DNA of 64,000 nt, taken from the NCBI GenBank assembly GCA_964016885.1, contig OZ024764.1:22630001-22694000 (forward strand), given 5' to 3'. This document shows, piece after piece, positions 10,661 through 23,850 of this stretch (its first letter is position 1; the number at the start of each line of letters is the position of its first letter). Made by a program: the position numbers and the translations under genes. Below the pieces are notes generated by a model. That model did not search any database and was not told the DNA's origin. It saw only the letters and a program-made list of their open reading frames with translations. The stretch comes from Eledone cirrhosa (taxonomy: Eukaryota).

Positions 10661-11385
10661 ATCTTTTACTGTCCCTACCCTTTTCTCTAGGTTGTCTTGT
10701 ACCTCTCTCACAGTCCCTCTAGATCTTATATTTAACAGGGAGATCTTTTACTATCCCTACCCTTTTCTATAGGTTGTCTTGTACCAGTCTCACAGTCCCT
10801 CTAGATCTTATATTTAACAGGGAGATCTTTTACTGTTCCTACCCTTTTCTCTAGGTTGTCTTGTATCTCTCTCACTGTCTCTCTAGATCTTATATTTAAC
10901 AGGGAGATGTTTTACTATCCCTACCCTTTTCTCTAGGTGGTGTTGTACCTCTCTCACAGTCCCTCTAGATCTTATATTTAACAGGGAGATCTTTTAATAT
11001 CCCTACCCTTTTCTCTAGGTTGTCTTGTACCACTCTCACAGTCCCTCTAGATCTTATATTTAACGGGGAGATTCTTTACTGTCTCTACTCTTTTCTCTAG
11101 GTTGTCTTGTACCTCTCTCACAGTCCCTATATATATCTTATATTTAACAGGGAGATTTTTTACTATCCCTACCCTTTTCTCCAGATTGTCTTGTATCTCT
11201 TTTACAGTCCCTCTAGATCTTATATTTAACAGGGAGATCTTTTACTAGCCCTACCCTTTTCTCTAGGTTTTCTTTTACCTCTCTCACAGTCCCTGTAGAT
11301 CTTATATTTAACAGGGAGATCTTTTAGTCTCCAACCCTTCTATCTCCAGATAGTCTTGTATCTGTCAGTCCCTCTAGATATTACA
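10644..11385 (+). repeat. 82-bp minisatellite, about 9 copies (about 2 variant copies at 26635-26770, 4-5 at 41050-41400, about 6 at 55514-56000)
   Basis: taac(a/g)gggag recurs at 10651, 10733, 10815, 10897, 10979, 11061, 11145, 11227, 11309. Confidence 0.93.
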
Positions 11386-11439
11386 CCTAGTATCTAGTCT
11401 ATGTTTTCTAAATATCTTAATGTTTCTCTACTATTTCAG

Positions 11440-11797
11440 AATATCACATGACCTTGACAGAAAAGAGTCTTTTAAAGACAGCAGAAAGATGTTACATTCA
11501 AGTGATATAAACTTATTTAGTCTGTGGTGAAATATTTCTTCTGAATTGAGATAAATAACAACGTTTTCCTTTTTCACTGTCTGGAATATTTACAAGATGA
11601 TTTTACGTTCTGATTAAACTTTGGATATTTACAAAGGAGTTTTCAAAATTTTTGGATATTGACAAAGATCACATTTGATAAAATTATGAACAATAGAAAT
11701 ATTTACATCAACATAGGAATATTTTCCAGAAGAGATGGGAAAATCATTATACCACTGTAATATTTGTGGTAAAATATTCTCTCTTCTTCATATGTAG
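11440..11797 (+). pseudogene. Relic second ZNF exon (unit 1)
   Basis: Acceptor context homologous to the ZNF exon acceptor. Ends in micro-ORF 11735-11797 MGKSLYHCNICGKIFSLLHM*, i.e. half a finger. Confidence 0.7.
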
Positions 11798-11924
11798 AAC
11801 ATCTAACTAAACACTTTAACTAACAAACTATTGTGCTATAGAATTGACAAACTTGAGGAATGTTTAATAAATGTCACAGATTTCTCCAAACTGTCGTTTA
11901 CTAACTTTAATTTGAAGCTATGTT

Positions 11925-12152
11925 ATCTATATACTACTAAAACTCTGTGATTGTGTCTTGTCTGTAATTTAATACATCTAAAACAGTGCATAATGGGGAA
12001 ATACTTTGAAAAGAATAAAACAAGTTTTGTATAAAATGGAGCACAGGTTCCCAAGATACGGGATTTCTGGGTACCTTGATAACTATAGGGAGGGAAAGAG
12101 ATAGTGGTTGTGAGAGAGAGGGAACTGGTGGTGTTGTTTAATAAAACGTGTG

Positions 12153-12190
<38 letters not shown>

Positions 12191-12275
12191 CGTATGTGTA
12201 TATTTTAACTATTTTAATATGACTTTAAAAAATAGTTTTAAGGCAACGTGACCCAACAGGTCCCGGGTGGTCTAG
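11925..12275 (-). mobile_element. Same Helitron-like family, reverse strand (copies about 29712-30355 and 56786-57156)
   Basis: Shares acagacaagacacaatcacagagttttag and gacctgttgggtcacgtt with 4267-4760. Minus-strand end ...agtagtatatagat. Confidence 0.5.
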
Positions 12276-12681
12276 TTTGTTACTAAATACTAGATATTAG
12301 AGGGTCATGTTCTAGATGTGCTGGAAGAGCTATTCCATCTCGTGAGGCTCACACCAGCAGCTAGCCACCTCAGCACCTATGGTGGTATATTTATTATATT
12401 ATTTATTCTTTATCATTAACATTAATATAAAAGATAATTATATATTTTTTAGAGAAGAACCTCTAACTTCATATAGCTTAGGGCTTCAGTAGGTAAAAGT
12501 CTGGCCCTGCTTGTCTTGTATTTTTTAGGGGAGAAGTTAGGGAATACTGTTATTGTGTGAAAGTTTTCTAAATCTTCTTCAGCCACTAACATGGAGAAGA
12601 TATTTCAGTAAGAAGGTTCACATCCTGACATCTATAGCTGTTAACAATGAGATTGGAATTCATTATTAAACAAATGTTATA

Positions 12682-13055
12682 TCATCATCACTGTTTTACA
12701 TCAGTTTTTCCACGCTGGCATGGGTTAGACGAGTTATCCTGTTGTAAGCAATGCCAGGTCAGGTGACCACGTGTTGCTCCTACAAAACCAATTTTGGTTT
12801 GGTTTCTACAGCTGGATGCCCTTCCCTGCACCAACCTTATTTACATTGAGTACTGGGTGCTTTTTACTATCTCACCAACTCGACCACTTCACAGTGTGGG
12901 CTGGGTACTTTTTTACTTTTTGTCATGGCACCTACATGACCACTTTACAGTGAGTACTGGGTACTTTTTATCGTGACACCTACATGACCACTTTACAGTG
13001 TGGATTGGGTACTTTTTGTCATGACACCTACACAACCTCTTTACAGTGTTGGCAG
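12682..13055 (-). repeat. RTE 3'-tail-related element with about 49-bp tandem array (larger arrays at about 30400-31000, 42260-42700, 57760-58005)
   Basis: tttctacagctggatgcccttcc is the reverse complement of the RTE 3'UTR at 29417/29530. (TCA)n tail. Repeat gtgacacctacatgaccactttacagtgtgg. Confidence 0.7.
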
Positions 13056-13130
13056 TGAAATCTAATGCGCCAGCTTCAGTAATCAGAACATACATATACA
13101 CACACACAAACAGAAATATATATATATATT

Positions 13131-15197
13131 CAGTGGTACTTTGACTTACAAGTGTCCCAACTAATAAGTTTTTCGAGATACGAGCCCTCTTTCGGCTGAT
13201 TTTTTGCATTGAGTTCCAAAGTAAAATTCGTGTTACGAGTCAGCTTCAGATGCCCCGCCACTAGTTGGCATAGTGACCGCCACAGGCAATACCGTAACAC
13301 CCGCCCGGCATCCCATGGCTTCGAAGAAAGTGAGGGCGAAGGACAGTTCTGAGAAGAAGAAGCAGATGATGTGTATTGAATTAAAGAAAGAAATTATAGA
13401 AAAACATGACCAAGGTGTGTGTGTAGTGGACTTGGTGAAGTAGTACGAGCATAGCACTTCTATATGTACCATACTGAAGTAGAAGGACTTGATAATGACT
13501 ATAACCCCAGCTAAGGGTGGTAAAAGAATTTCTAAACAGCGGACATCTATCCATGAAAATGTGGAAAAGCTGCTGATGGTGTGGTTGACGGAGAAGCAGC
13601 TCGCAAGAGATACTGTGATGAAGATTATAATATGTGAGAAGGCACGAGCCATTTACGCTGATTTGCTGCAGCAGACCCCAGGTACTTCTACGGACGAGCC
13701 ATCGGCAAGCCCTTTAATGCCAGTCGGGGTTGGTTTGAGAATTTTAAAAAGAGGACCGGCATTCACTCCGTTGTCAGGCATGGTGAGGCAGCGAGCGCGG
13801 ATATGAAGGCAGCTGAGGATTACCTCAAAACCTTTCCCTGAATTATAGCAGCCGAAGGATACATCCCTCAGCAAGTCTTTAACTGTGATGAAACAGGACT
13901 TTTTGGGAAGAAGATGCCAAGGAGGACTTTTATAACGGCAGAGGAGAAGAGGATGCCTGGCCACAAACCCATGAAGGATAGGCTAACCCTCGCACTGTGT
14001 GCCACTGAGCGGCGAGTGTAAGATTAAGTTGCCGCTCGTTTATCATTCAGAAAACTCCAGAACCTTTAAGTCACATAAGATTCTGAAAGAAAAACTGCAG
14101 GTTATGTGGAGGGCAAACCCGAGGTCATGGGTCACCAGGTAGTTCTTTGTGGAGTGGGTGAATTTGGTCTTTGGTCCTGACGTTAAAAAATATCTCCATG
14201 AAAATAACCTACCCCTGTAAACCCTTCTTGTCCTACATAATGCACCTGCTCACTCACCCACCCTCGAAGAGTTCAAGTTTATAAAGGTCTTCTACCTTCC
14301 ACCAAACACCACCCCTATCCTACAGCCCAAGGACCAGCAGGTACTTTCTAATTTCAAGAAGCTCTTCACCAAGCACCTGTTCAGTCGCTGCTTTGAAGTG
14401 ACGGAGAGCACAAACTTCACTCTTGAGAGGTCTGGAAGGACCATTATAACATCGTGATATGCCTCAGAATTATCGATATGACATGGTAGGGTCTTACAAA
14501 GAGGACCTTGACCTCTACATGGAAGAAGCTGTGGCCTGAAGTTGTGTCTAAAACAGACTTTGAAAGACTCGAACCCGAAGCGGCAGTGGTGGAGGAGATT
14601 GTACCCCTCGGTAAGCCCATGGGCCTGGACATGGATGAAGGTGACATCAACGAGCTCATCGAGGAGCACCCCGAGGAAATGACAACGAAGGAATTAAAGG
14701 AGCTACAGACACAGCAATACACGGAGTTTTTGCAGGAAATAGGTGACACAGAGGAGGTTATCTCAACAAGTGAGATGAAACAAACCTTATTAGACAGGTT
14801 TTTATTGAAAATCCCTGCAGATAAAAGTGAGGAAAGCGTGGCGAAAAGAGCAAAAATCAGCGAATAAGATTCAGTTATTCAGTTCATCCTTTCTCCTCCG
14901 TCAACATCCTCAAGTCGTCTGATCTCCAAGATAGATGCTGTACATTATACTTAATAAAACTAGTTTGTTGCAGTACATTCTATTGTATTGTTTTTTGTAT
15001 ACAATATTTGTCATTTATAAGTACATTTTTCTTATTTAAAAACACGTAACAAAACAAACTGTGGTTTTTGGGGGGTCTGGAACGGATTAACGGCATTTTA
15101 TTTTATTTCAGTGGGGAAAATTGATTTGACATACGAGTAATTTAAGTTACGAGGTCCTCCACGGAACAAATTAAACTCGTAAGTGAAGGTATCACAG
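13131..15197 (+). mobile_element. Tigger/pogo-family DNA transposon, transposase pseudogene
   Basis: TIRs cagtggtactttgacttac / gtaagtgaaggtatcacag. CENP-B-like HTH (EKLLMVW...ICEKARAIY) and DDE motifs (FNCDETGL, LPPNTT), with stops and frameshifts. Confidence 0.92.
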
Positions 15198-15227
15198 TGT
15201 GTGTGTGTATATATATAAATATATATG

Positions 15228-15401
15228 AAGGAACGATCGACTTTCGTCAAATCGGACCGAGGAAGCAATGTTTCCATTGGTCTTTGCAATTGCTAGTACT
15301 ATCGGTCGCAACTCCAGGTAGAAGGAACAACGTGAAATAAAGTGTCTTGCTCAAGGGCATAACGCATCGCCTGGTCCAGGAATCGAACTCACAACCTCAA
15401 G
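15228..15401 (-). mobile_element. Same SINE family, reverse orientation, 5'-truncated (copy about 62481-62655)
   Basis: Reverse complement of the 600-775 sequence, flanked by (TA)n. Confidence 0.7.
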
Positions 15402-15419
15402 ATATATATATATATATAT

Positions 15420-15922
15420 AAATGAAGAATATAGAAATTATTGTAGCAAAAAGCCAACAGTATTCCATTATATATATGTATATATGTATATATAGTATAA
15501 AAGAGAAAACACAGGTAAGCATTAAGAGAAGGATTTTATCCAGGTATTTACGACCGTTTCATTGGTAAGTGCAACCTTATATTTCTATCCTGCAAATAAC
15601 AGCCACTCAATTATAATTGTTGTTCACAGTCCAAATTTTCAAAATAGTAAGTTACTCTTGAAATAATTCTTAATATATAGAGAAAAACATTTATTTGGAA
15701 TTGTATTTACTAGTATAGAGAGAGAGGAATCAGAAGGTGAGGGGACAGACGGAATAGTATAGAGAGAGAGGAAGGGGGAAGAGGTAGGAAGTAGAGTGAC
15801 AAACTGAGATGGAGGGAGGGGTAGAGGTGGCAGGATTCTTTGGTCAGTTTTGACAGCAGACTTCATGTCGTGGAATGTAGTGAGTTAAAGAGAATTAAAT
15901 TGATCATTTTTGGAGGGATGGA
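15420..15922. other. About 500-bp insertion within (TA)n, unit 2 head only; unclassified
   Basis: Absent at the paralogous site about 62655-62675. Confidence 0.45.
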
Positions 15923-16962
15923 TATATATATATATAGTTAAATATTAGACAGGAACAAAAAACAGGCAGTGCAAATGGTAGTTTATACCGAGAGAGAGAC
16001 AGACAAACACATCTATACCCCTACTACGGTAAAACAAAACATATGTAAGGGGAGACAACTCTCGTTACATCCCCCCTTCTTTTTGATATACGTCCTTTAC
16101 ATACTTTGTTCAATGGAATCTGCTTTATTTTGTGTCCTAAGTAGATTTCTGTTTAATTATTTACGAGATTCACAATGATTCACGTAACCAAGTTACTTAC
16201 ATAGAGATATATTTCACATAGAATCACAACAAATGAAAATATTAAGTCAACACTCTGTCAATCGGTCTCACGTCACATGGGGTGCCGGAGTCTCCCTCTA
16301 ATACTTTCTGAGACAGTCTTACCTCGAGTGATAGCAAGGCTAAGATGTTGGAACTACCAAACACCCTCATATGTATCACCTGACACCTCGGTAAGGAGAG
16401 CTGCCAACGATAACAAGAACCTCGTTGTCAGGGACCTATCTCCTCCAAACTTCTCCAACACCACAGACTAGAATATTCTACTCTTTATTCCCTATCAAAT
16501 ATATTTCAGTCTAGTCATTTGTCTTGTATCTTGTATATGTATTTTCAAAACTAACTGTCACATTTGTGAGACCCTAGTTAGTGATGTTTTTCTCTCCCTC
16601 CCACATCCTACATGCTGTAGTAAAAGTGAGGGTCACTGCTTCTGTAGACGAACGAAATAAAAGCTAAACTACCAGTAATTATCGGCAAAGTATTTATTCC
16701 AGTCTGTGATGTTTGAGAAGCTGGGCTGCTGACAACGAAGTTGTTGTCACTGTTGGCGGCTGGCTTTACCGAAGTACCCGATGACTCTTGTGAGGGTACT
16801 TAGCTGTTCTGGCGGTTTAGCCTCCATATGACCCGATCTTACCGAAGTACCCGGTGATTTCTGTCAGAGTACTTAGCTGTTTTATTTTAATTACATTTAC
16901 TGTTTTCACCTTTATTTTTTTTTATTACAAACTTTAGATAATTTAATTCGGTAAAAATATTT

Positions 16963-17107
16963 TTACGTCACAAAAAAACTTGACCTTTGACATTGAAGCA
17001 TGCGCAGTGGTGCAGTTGTCGACTTCCTGTCCACGTGTTAGTCTTCCTACAACAACATTTAGAAAACATTTCTGTAAATATTAAACACCTGAGACTATAA
17101 CGTAAGT
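16963..17107 (+). promoter_or_regulatory. Putative ZNF promoter and exon 1 (unit 2)
   Basis: Same motif cluster; donor GTAAGT at 17102. Confidence 0.6.
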
Positions 17108-18339
17108 ATTATGTCTATTAATATTCTAGATTTAAGCTCACTTTTCACATCACAAATATATATTTTCTTGTTTGTTTCATTACTGGAAATATAAAATGTT
17201 ATCGTAATTATCTATATTTTACCTACCTCTAATTAATTAAAGTGAAAACTTTTGTTGTTGCTGAAAAATAAATTAACAAAACTAAATATTTAAATATTCT
17301 AAAGGTCGTTTTTATATTATGTGATGATATAATTAATATATTTTATTACAATTGTATAAATTTACAGTAGAATAACGTTGTAAATATGTTTTAAATATAT
17401 ACATAAATAACGTGTGTAAATAACATTATAAATTGCTGGCAATTCCTTGAGAAAGACATTACAAATATATTGTCTAAACTGTGTATATTAATATAATTTA
17501 TTGAACAATAATGATAAAGGAAAGAAAAACACAGTGGGAGATGGCAATTGACCACCAAACGAGGTAAACATTTTCAACTTTCCCCTTTTTTTGCTTTGTC
17601 CGAGACAACTCAAAATATTCTTCAAGGAACTGGATTTTCCATTCGGTTGGATCGAACGGATTTTACCATTTATAATCTACGGAGAGGAATAACAGATGTT
17701 CGGAGGAAAAAAGAATTGTTTGTGGCAACAACGTAGGGAACCAACCTGGAGCAATTGTATCACACAATTATACTTTCCTCCTTAACATACACTTACAATT
17801 TTTCAAAATCAAACCCCCCAAATATGAAATATAAATAATTATAAATGGCGAGGAACCATCCCATCTCCCTCTTGAAATAACCTGAATCTATTTATAGTCA
17901 GGTGTGACTGAAAGGTCAATCCATACTTCCATTCTATTTCACAGAATTAGAAGCTTTGACCACTTGATAGAATTCAGGTCCAGTAATGTAATCACTCCGT
18001 AATTGTAAACATCTTGTATCACTATCATTCAGGTTTTGATTTTACTCAAGTCTTGCCCATGTTTTTTTTTTTTTTCTTTTTTACACAAACTCACAATTTC
18101 GGTTTTTACTGTGGATTTACCCATGCGAACTATTACACAAACTCACAGCCTTAGATTTTGTATTTCTAGCGTTTTTATTTTCCTTCTCTTTGCATGTTCA
18201 GTGCTCTTTCTCTCCCACTGTATTTATCTGCCTCTCACATGACCACACTCCTCTCCACGCACTCATCATCTTCTCACTCCTTCTACACCTTCCAAAGCTG
18301 GCCCTCTACTGCCGGCTGTTGCCAGCCCGCCACCTGATT

Positions 18340-21300
18340 GCGCCCTCTGTGCCCGCACTAACCAGTACTTAAAGACAATTAAGTCACCTATGCCACGCAA
18401 CCTACCACAGAAGCTGTGTCGGCATCACTAAAGCTCAAGCCGAAAGGCTTCAACACTGGACCTGTCATCGGTGCCACTTCAGCTCCGACTATTCCGTGGG
18501 GATGACCAACACTCTACCGACGACTTTCCACAGTCCCCCAGGGCTTCTCCAAATCAAAGCTCGTTAACCGGACCCTTAAGAGAGCTCAGAACAGCTTTGC
18601 AGGTGCCCTCTCTAATTTACTGAAAAACGTTTGCTCATCCAACAATAGACTGGCAGATATTGTTTTTGTTTCCCCTCATCTCTCTTCACGTGCACAATGC
18701 GAACTCGGGTTCCCTCAAGTCCTCTCTCAAGCGGCAGTTCCAGCTCTTTGAGTCCACCCCAACCACGTCTCATCTCAGTTCGTCTCCGAGCTCGGTGTCC
18801 ACCAACAGACAACCGGTAGACCTCAAGCGAGCCGTCAATGCCAAATTCAGCGAATTTGACATTAAAGGGGCTGTCCTCCCTTGCTCCATGCAACTCTGAC
18901 TCTCGTGAGCGTCTGAAAGAGAAGCACCCCCAGATGATCAGCAACACTGGCCCGAACCACCAGAATACTTGAGACCGGTTTACACCACCAATATCATCAG
19001 AAAGGCAATTTCATCCTTCATCCTCAACACCTCAAGGATGGTATCTCCTTATCGGCCGGTGATGCCGGACTCGAGCTCTTGGAGAGTCTGACTCAGTTTG
19101 TGAATCAGTGAACGTTCTCCCGTTCATCCGCCCACTGTTCTTCGGTGCAAAGCTATTTGGTCTCACCAAGCCCAACGGGGACCTGTGCCGCATTGCGGTT
19201 GGCTGCACACCTCACCGCCTCACTGCAAAGGCGTGATTGCTGTTGGTCTCCAACCCACTGACGGAGGAATTTTCCCCCATCCAGCTGTGGGTGGGTACCA
19301 GGTTGGGATGTGTGGCTGCTGTCCACGCTGCCAGAGCATTTGCCAACTTGCCCTCCTCATCCCCCAAGGTCATCCTCAAACTTGACCTCAGGAATGCCTT
19401 CAACTCCGTCAGCCGTAACATCGTCCTCGGCTCAGTAAGAGAGAGGGTCTCACAACTCTACCACTTTGCTTGGCAGGCTTATCGGGAGCCCTCCTACCTC
19501 TCTTTCAGTGACTAGATCATCACCTCTGCCTCAGGAGTCCAACAGGGTGACCCACTCGGAACCCCCCCTCACTGGACATTGATGACGTCACCAAGATGGG
19601 GGTTGAGTTGGACCTCAATGTCTGGTAGCTCGACGACGCCTGTTTGGGGGGAACTCCGGATATGGTTCTCGCCACTGCCAACAGGATGGTGGAGGAGCTT
19701 GGCGCCGGGGTCTCCAGATCAATAGCTCCAAATGTGAGCTCTGGATCCTCAACCACCCGGCTTCTTAACACCAACAGCTGATCGACCTGTTCGCAGAGTC
19801 CTTCCCTTCCATCACGGTCCCTCCCCCGTCGGCTTGGTGCTCCTTAGGAGCCCCGATCACAGACCTGGCCTTCGAGTCAACCATCCAATCGAAGATGGTT
19901 GGCCTTGAGCAGCTGCTGAGGAATATTGAAGATATCGAACGCCATCAAGGTTTCTTCTTACTCAGGAACTACCTGTCTATTCCTAAGCTTCTGTATCTGC
20001 TCAGGGTCAGCCCCTCTCACAGATTTCCATCCTGCCTCGAACACTTCGACGACCTAATCTTCGAGAGACTCGAGTGTCTGGTTAATGTTAGTAAGTGTTC
20101 GTCCCTCTCTCTCCCCTGCTTCCTTTCCTCCACCCAAGCTTGCAGCATCCTCTCCTCTCCAACATGGACTAGTTGCAACAGGGAGTTGTGTGAAGCTCTC
20201 CAGCAATGGAGTGAGTTGGGCTTGTCTCTTCCTGAGAAGGTGGAGGACAGTCGAAGTCAGTAGAACTTGGGACAGGATACGTTGGAATGCCACCTTCGAC
20301 TCCCTCTTCGTCCTCTCAGATCAGTTTGCAAGGTGCCGCTTACCATCTGCCAGCGCCAAATACTCCGGTGACTGGGTCGATGCCTTACCCGTGGCCAACG
20401 TTGGAGGCCTACTCAGCCTGGATGAAGTTCGTGTCTCCATCACCCTCAGAGTGGGAGCTGACGTCTGCATGGGTTTGAGATGTGGCTAACTCCTCGACTC
20501 CACAGGCCCCCACAGTCTTTCTTGCTGCCTGAATGCCGGCCACTTTGCCCGTCACACGGAGCTAAACTTTATTCTGAAGAGAGCTTTGGCCCGGGCAAAC
20601 ATCTCCTCAGTCTTGGAACCATCTTGGTTGTCCAGAAGTGATGGCAAAAGACCTGACGGCCTTACCCTGTGCCCCTGGTCGAGAGGCAGGTGCTTAATCT
20701 GGGACGTCACTGTTTGTGACTCCTTTGCTCTTTCCCACATCCTTGATGCTGCGGTAAGGACGAGAGCTACATTTTTCAGCCTGTGGCTTTCGAGACGTTT
20801 GGGGGAGTCGGGCCGCTGACTGCGAGGTTCCTTTCCTCACTGGCGGCTCGCCTTATAGAGGTAACTGGCGAAATCGCGAGGGCGCTTGGCTGTTCCAGCA
20901 CCTCAGCCTCGCCATCACCCGAGGTAACACTGCCAGTGTGCTGGCTTGCCTCAAAACTCATTAGAGAGGTTTCCCAGTACCCCTCGTTGCTGTCTTTTGC
21001 TCTGGTGTTGGCTCCGTTGTCCACCCATTCCTTTACATTTTCTTTAATATTGCAACATTGAAGGAATATATCTTTCATTATATCATCCTTTATAGTGTTA
21101 CCGAGGCATTTGTAATGTTATTTATATATTTAAAACATATTTGTTATGTTATTCTACTGTAAATTTATTTATATGCTCTGTTTATGTTTTCATTCTGAAG
21201 GAACTTATCCACTTGTGTTGATATAAGTGATGCTATGACTTTCCTCTAAGCATTGTGTCATTATATATGTTATTATAAACGTGAATAAATTGAATTTATA
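18340..21300 (+). mobile_element. Degraded CRE-clade (RT + restriction-like endonuclease) non-LTR retrotransposon, unit 2 only
   Basis: KLDLRNAFNSVSR, QQGDPLG, W*LDD, RHTELN..., KRPDGLTLCPWSRGRCLIWDVT, AFETFGGVGP. Part of a 17559-21300 block absent from units 1 and 4. Confidence 0.85.
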
Positions 21301-22771
21301 GTGTGATAATAGGCCACACCTCACACCCTAGGGGTTAACTACACACTTTGAGGCAAGCCAACACACTGGCAGCATTACAACGGGTGATGGTGAGGCTAAG
21401 GTGCTGAAATAACCAGGTCCCCTCACGGGTATCACCTGACGCCTCTGTAAGGTGAGGCTAAGGTGCTGAGATAACCAGGTACTCTTACTGATATCACCTG
21501 ACACCTCAGTAAGGTGAGGCTACGGTGCTGAAATAACCAGGTACCCACACGGAAACGACTAGATTTGTAGAAAAAGTAGGGTGAAAGTATACAAAGAGAT
21601 GTAGTTTCACAGATCTACTCACACCTCACGTTGGATGGGAATAATTATCTTTCTTAGAATTCTTGCTATACCCCTTTTACAGTATTTTTTCTATAGACCC
21701 CTTAGATACTTGCAATAGACGTTTTATTTCCCAGTATTAGGATTAGGGTTTCCGTTTTCAGGAAGAAAAGTCGATTGCAAACATCTAAGAGGTCGAGAAA
21801 TAAAATTAAGGAAAGATAATCATTTCCCAGCCAACTGGAGAAGTGTGTAGCTCTTCTTAACTCTGATAATCCTGTCTCCCACTTCTTTATCTACAAATCT
21901 AGTCGTTTCCTGCTACTTTGTTCCCTGGGGTATGCCTTAGTATTTGACACCATCTATCTGTCTTACTCCCTAACTAGAAAGAAGTCAATCTGTCTCATGT
22001 GCTCATGATTAGTAGGTTATTAGGTAGGTTATTAGGTGGTTGGTAGGTTTCTTGAAGTGTTGCAAATGGTTAGTTCACTTGCATCACAAAATACAAGAAG
22101 CGTCACTCCTTCATCGTTTCTTGAGCCATAACCATGACCACCATGTACCCCAGTGTATCCATCCTGGAGCTGTCCAACATGACCATTGAAGTCCCCTGCT
22201 ATTATAACTAGGTCTCTGTCATTGTGGTTACCTCTACTTATTCCTTTTCTACATATCGAGCAGGGCCACTTTCCTGAAGGGGTCAGGGTCTTCTCTCCTA
22301 TCCATGACCACTTTAGTTTTGGCTAAGTATATTCTCAGAACTTACCATTTCAAATTCTATATCTATAGCTGGTCATCTACATAGAGAAGTTTCCATAGAC
22401 AGCCAGTCTTAAACCTCTCTGTTATGGCTTGGAGAACTATGATGAACAACAGTGGGCTAAGAACTAAACCATGATGAACTCCTACCTGTACCTTCAATTC
22501 CTCACTAAACACACTTTACTGACAGCTTCTCACAAGCCATTCTTCTACACCTAATTTCTTTAACCCTTTAGTATATAAACTGGCCATATCTGGCCAGACT
22601 TCTCCCACATCTTTCTGTTCAAACTGGCCGTAACTGGTCACTTATACTTATGTTAAGGTATTGTTCTCAAAATAAATAACATGAAAATCTCATAGATTTG
22701 ATATTATGTGAGATAAAGCATTTACTGTGAAAATATAATAGTAAATATAGAGTAATGTGAATACTAAAGGG

Positions 22772-23850
22772 TTAATCTAATGTCACTAATAACTACTTTT
22801 ATCAGTCAGTTTAATCTAATGTCACTAATAACTACTTTTATCAGTCAGTTTAATCTACTGCCACTAATAACTACTTTTATCAGTCAGTTTAATCTAATGT
22901 CACTAATAACTACTTTTATCAGTCAGTTTAATCTACTGCCACTAATAACTACTTTTATCAGTCAGTATAATCTAATGTCACTAATAACTACTTTTATCAG
23001 TCAGTATAATCTAATGTCACTAATAACTACTTTTATCAGTCAGTATAATCTAATGTCACTAATAACTACTTTTATCAGTCAGTTTAATCTAATGTCACTA
23101 ATAACTACTTTTATCTGTCAGTTTAATCTAATGTCACTAATAACTACTTTTATCAGTCAGTTTAATCTAATGTCACTAATAACTACTTTTATCAGTCAGT
23201 ATAATCTAATGTCACTAATAACTACTTTTATCAGTCAGTTTAATCTAATGTCACTAATAACTACTTTTATCAGTCAGTATAATCTAATGTCACTAATAAC
23301 TACTTTTATCAGTCAGTATAATCTAATGTCACTAATAACTACTTTTATCAGTCAGTATAATCTAATGTCACTAATAACTACTTTTATCAGTCAGTATAAT
23401 CTAATGTCACTAATAACTACTTTTATCAGTCAGTATAATCTAATGTCACTAATAACTACTTTTATCAGTCAGTATAATCTAATGTCACTAATAACTACTT
23501 TTATCAGTCAGTATAATCTAATGTCACTAATAACTACTTTTATCAGTCACTATAATCTAATGTCACTAATAACTACTTTTATCAGTCAGTTTAATCTAAT
23601 GTCACTAATAACTACTTTTATCTGTCAGTTTAATCTAATGTCACTAATAACTACTTTTATCAGTCAGTATAATCTAATGTCACTAATAACTACTTTTATC
23701 AGTCAGTTTAATCTAATGTCACTAATAACTACTTTTATCAGTCAGTATAATCTAATGTCACTAATAACTACTTTTATCAGTCAGTATAATCTAATGTCAC
23801 TAATAACTACTTTTATCAGTCAGTTTAATCTACTGCCACTAATAACTAAC
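22772..23850 (+). repeat. 39-bp VNTR, about 27.6 copies
   Basis: Near-perfect 39-bp period; produces the 13-aa repeat ORF in the track. Confidence 0.97.

Noticed and set aside
15530-15640. Penelope-type hammerhead ribozyme on the minus strand (GAAACGGTCG motif)
   Set aside because: No intact CTGATGA core or clear stems found by eye. A covariance-model search would be needed.
22772-23850. CRISPR-like array (also considered for the 62-, 73- and 82-bp repeats)
   Set aside because: Repeats are contiguous with no unique spacers, there are no cas genes, and the context is eukaryotic.
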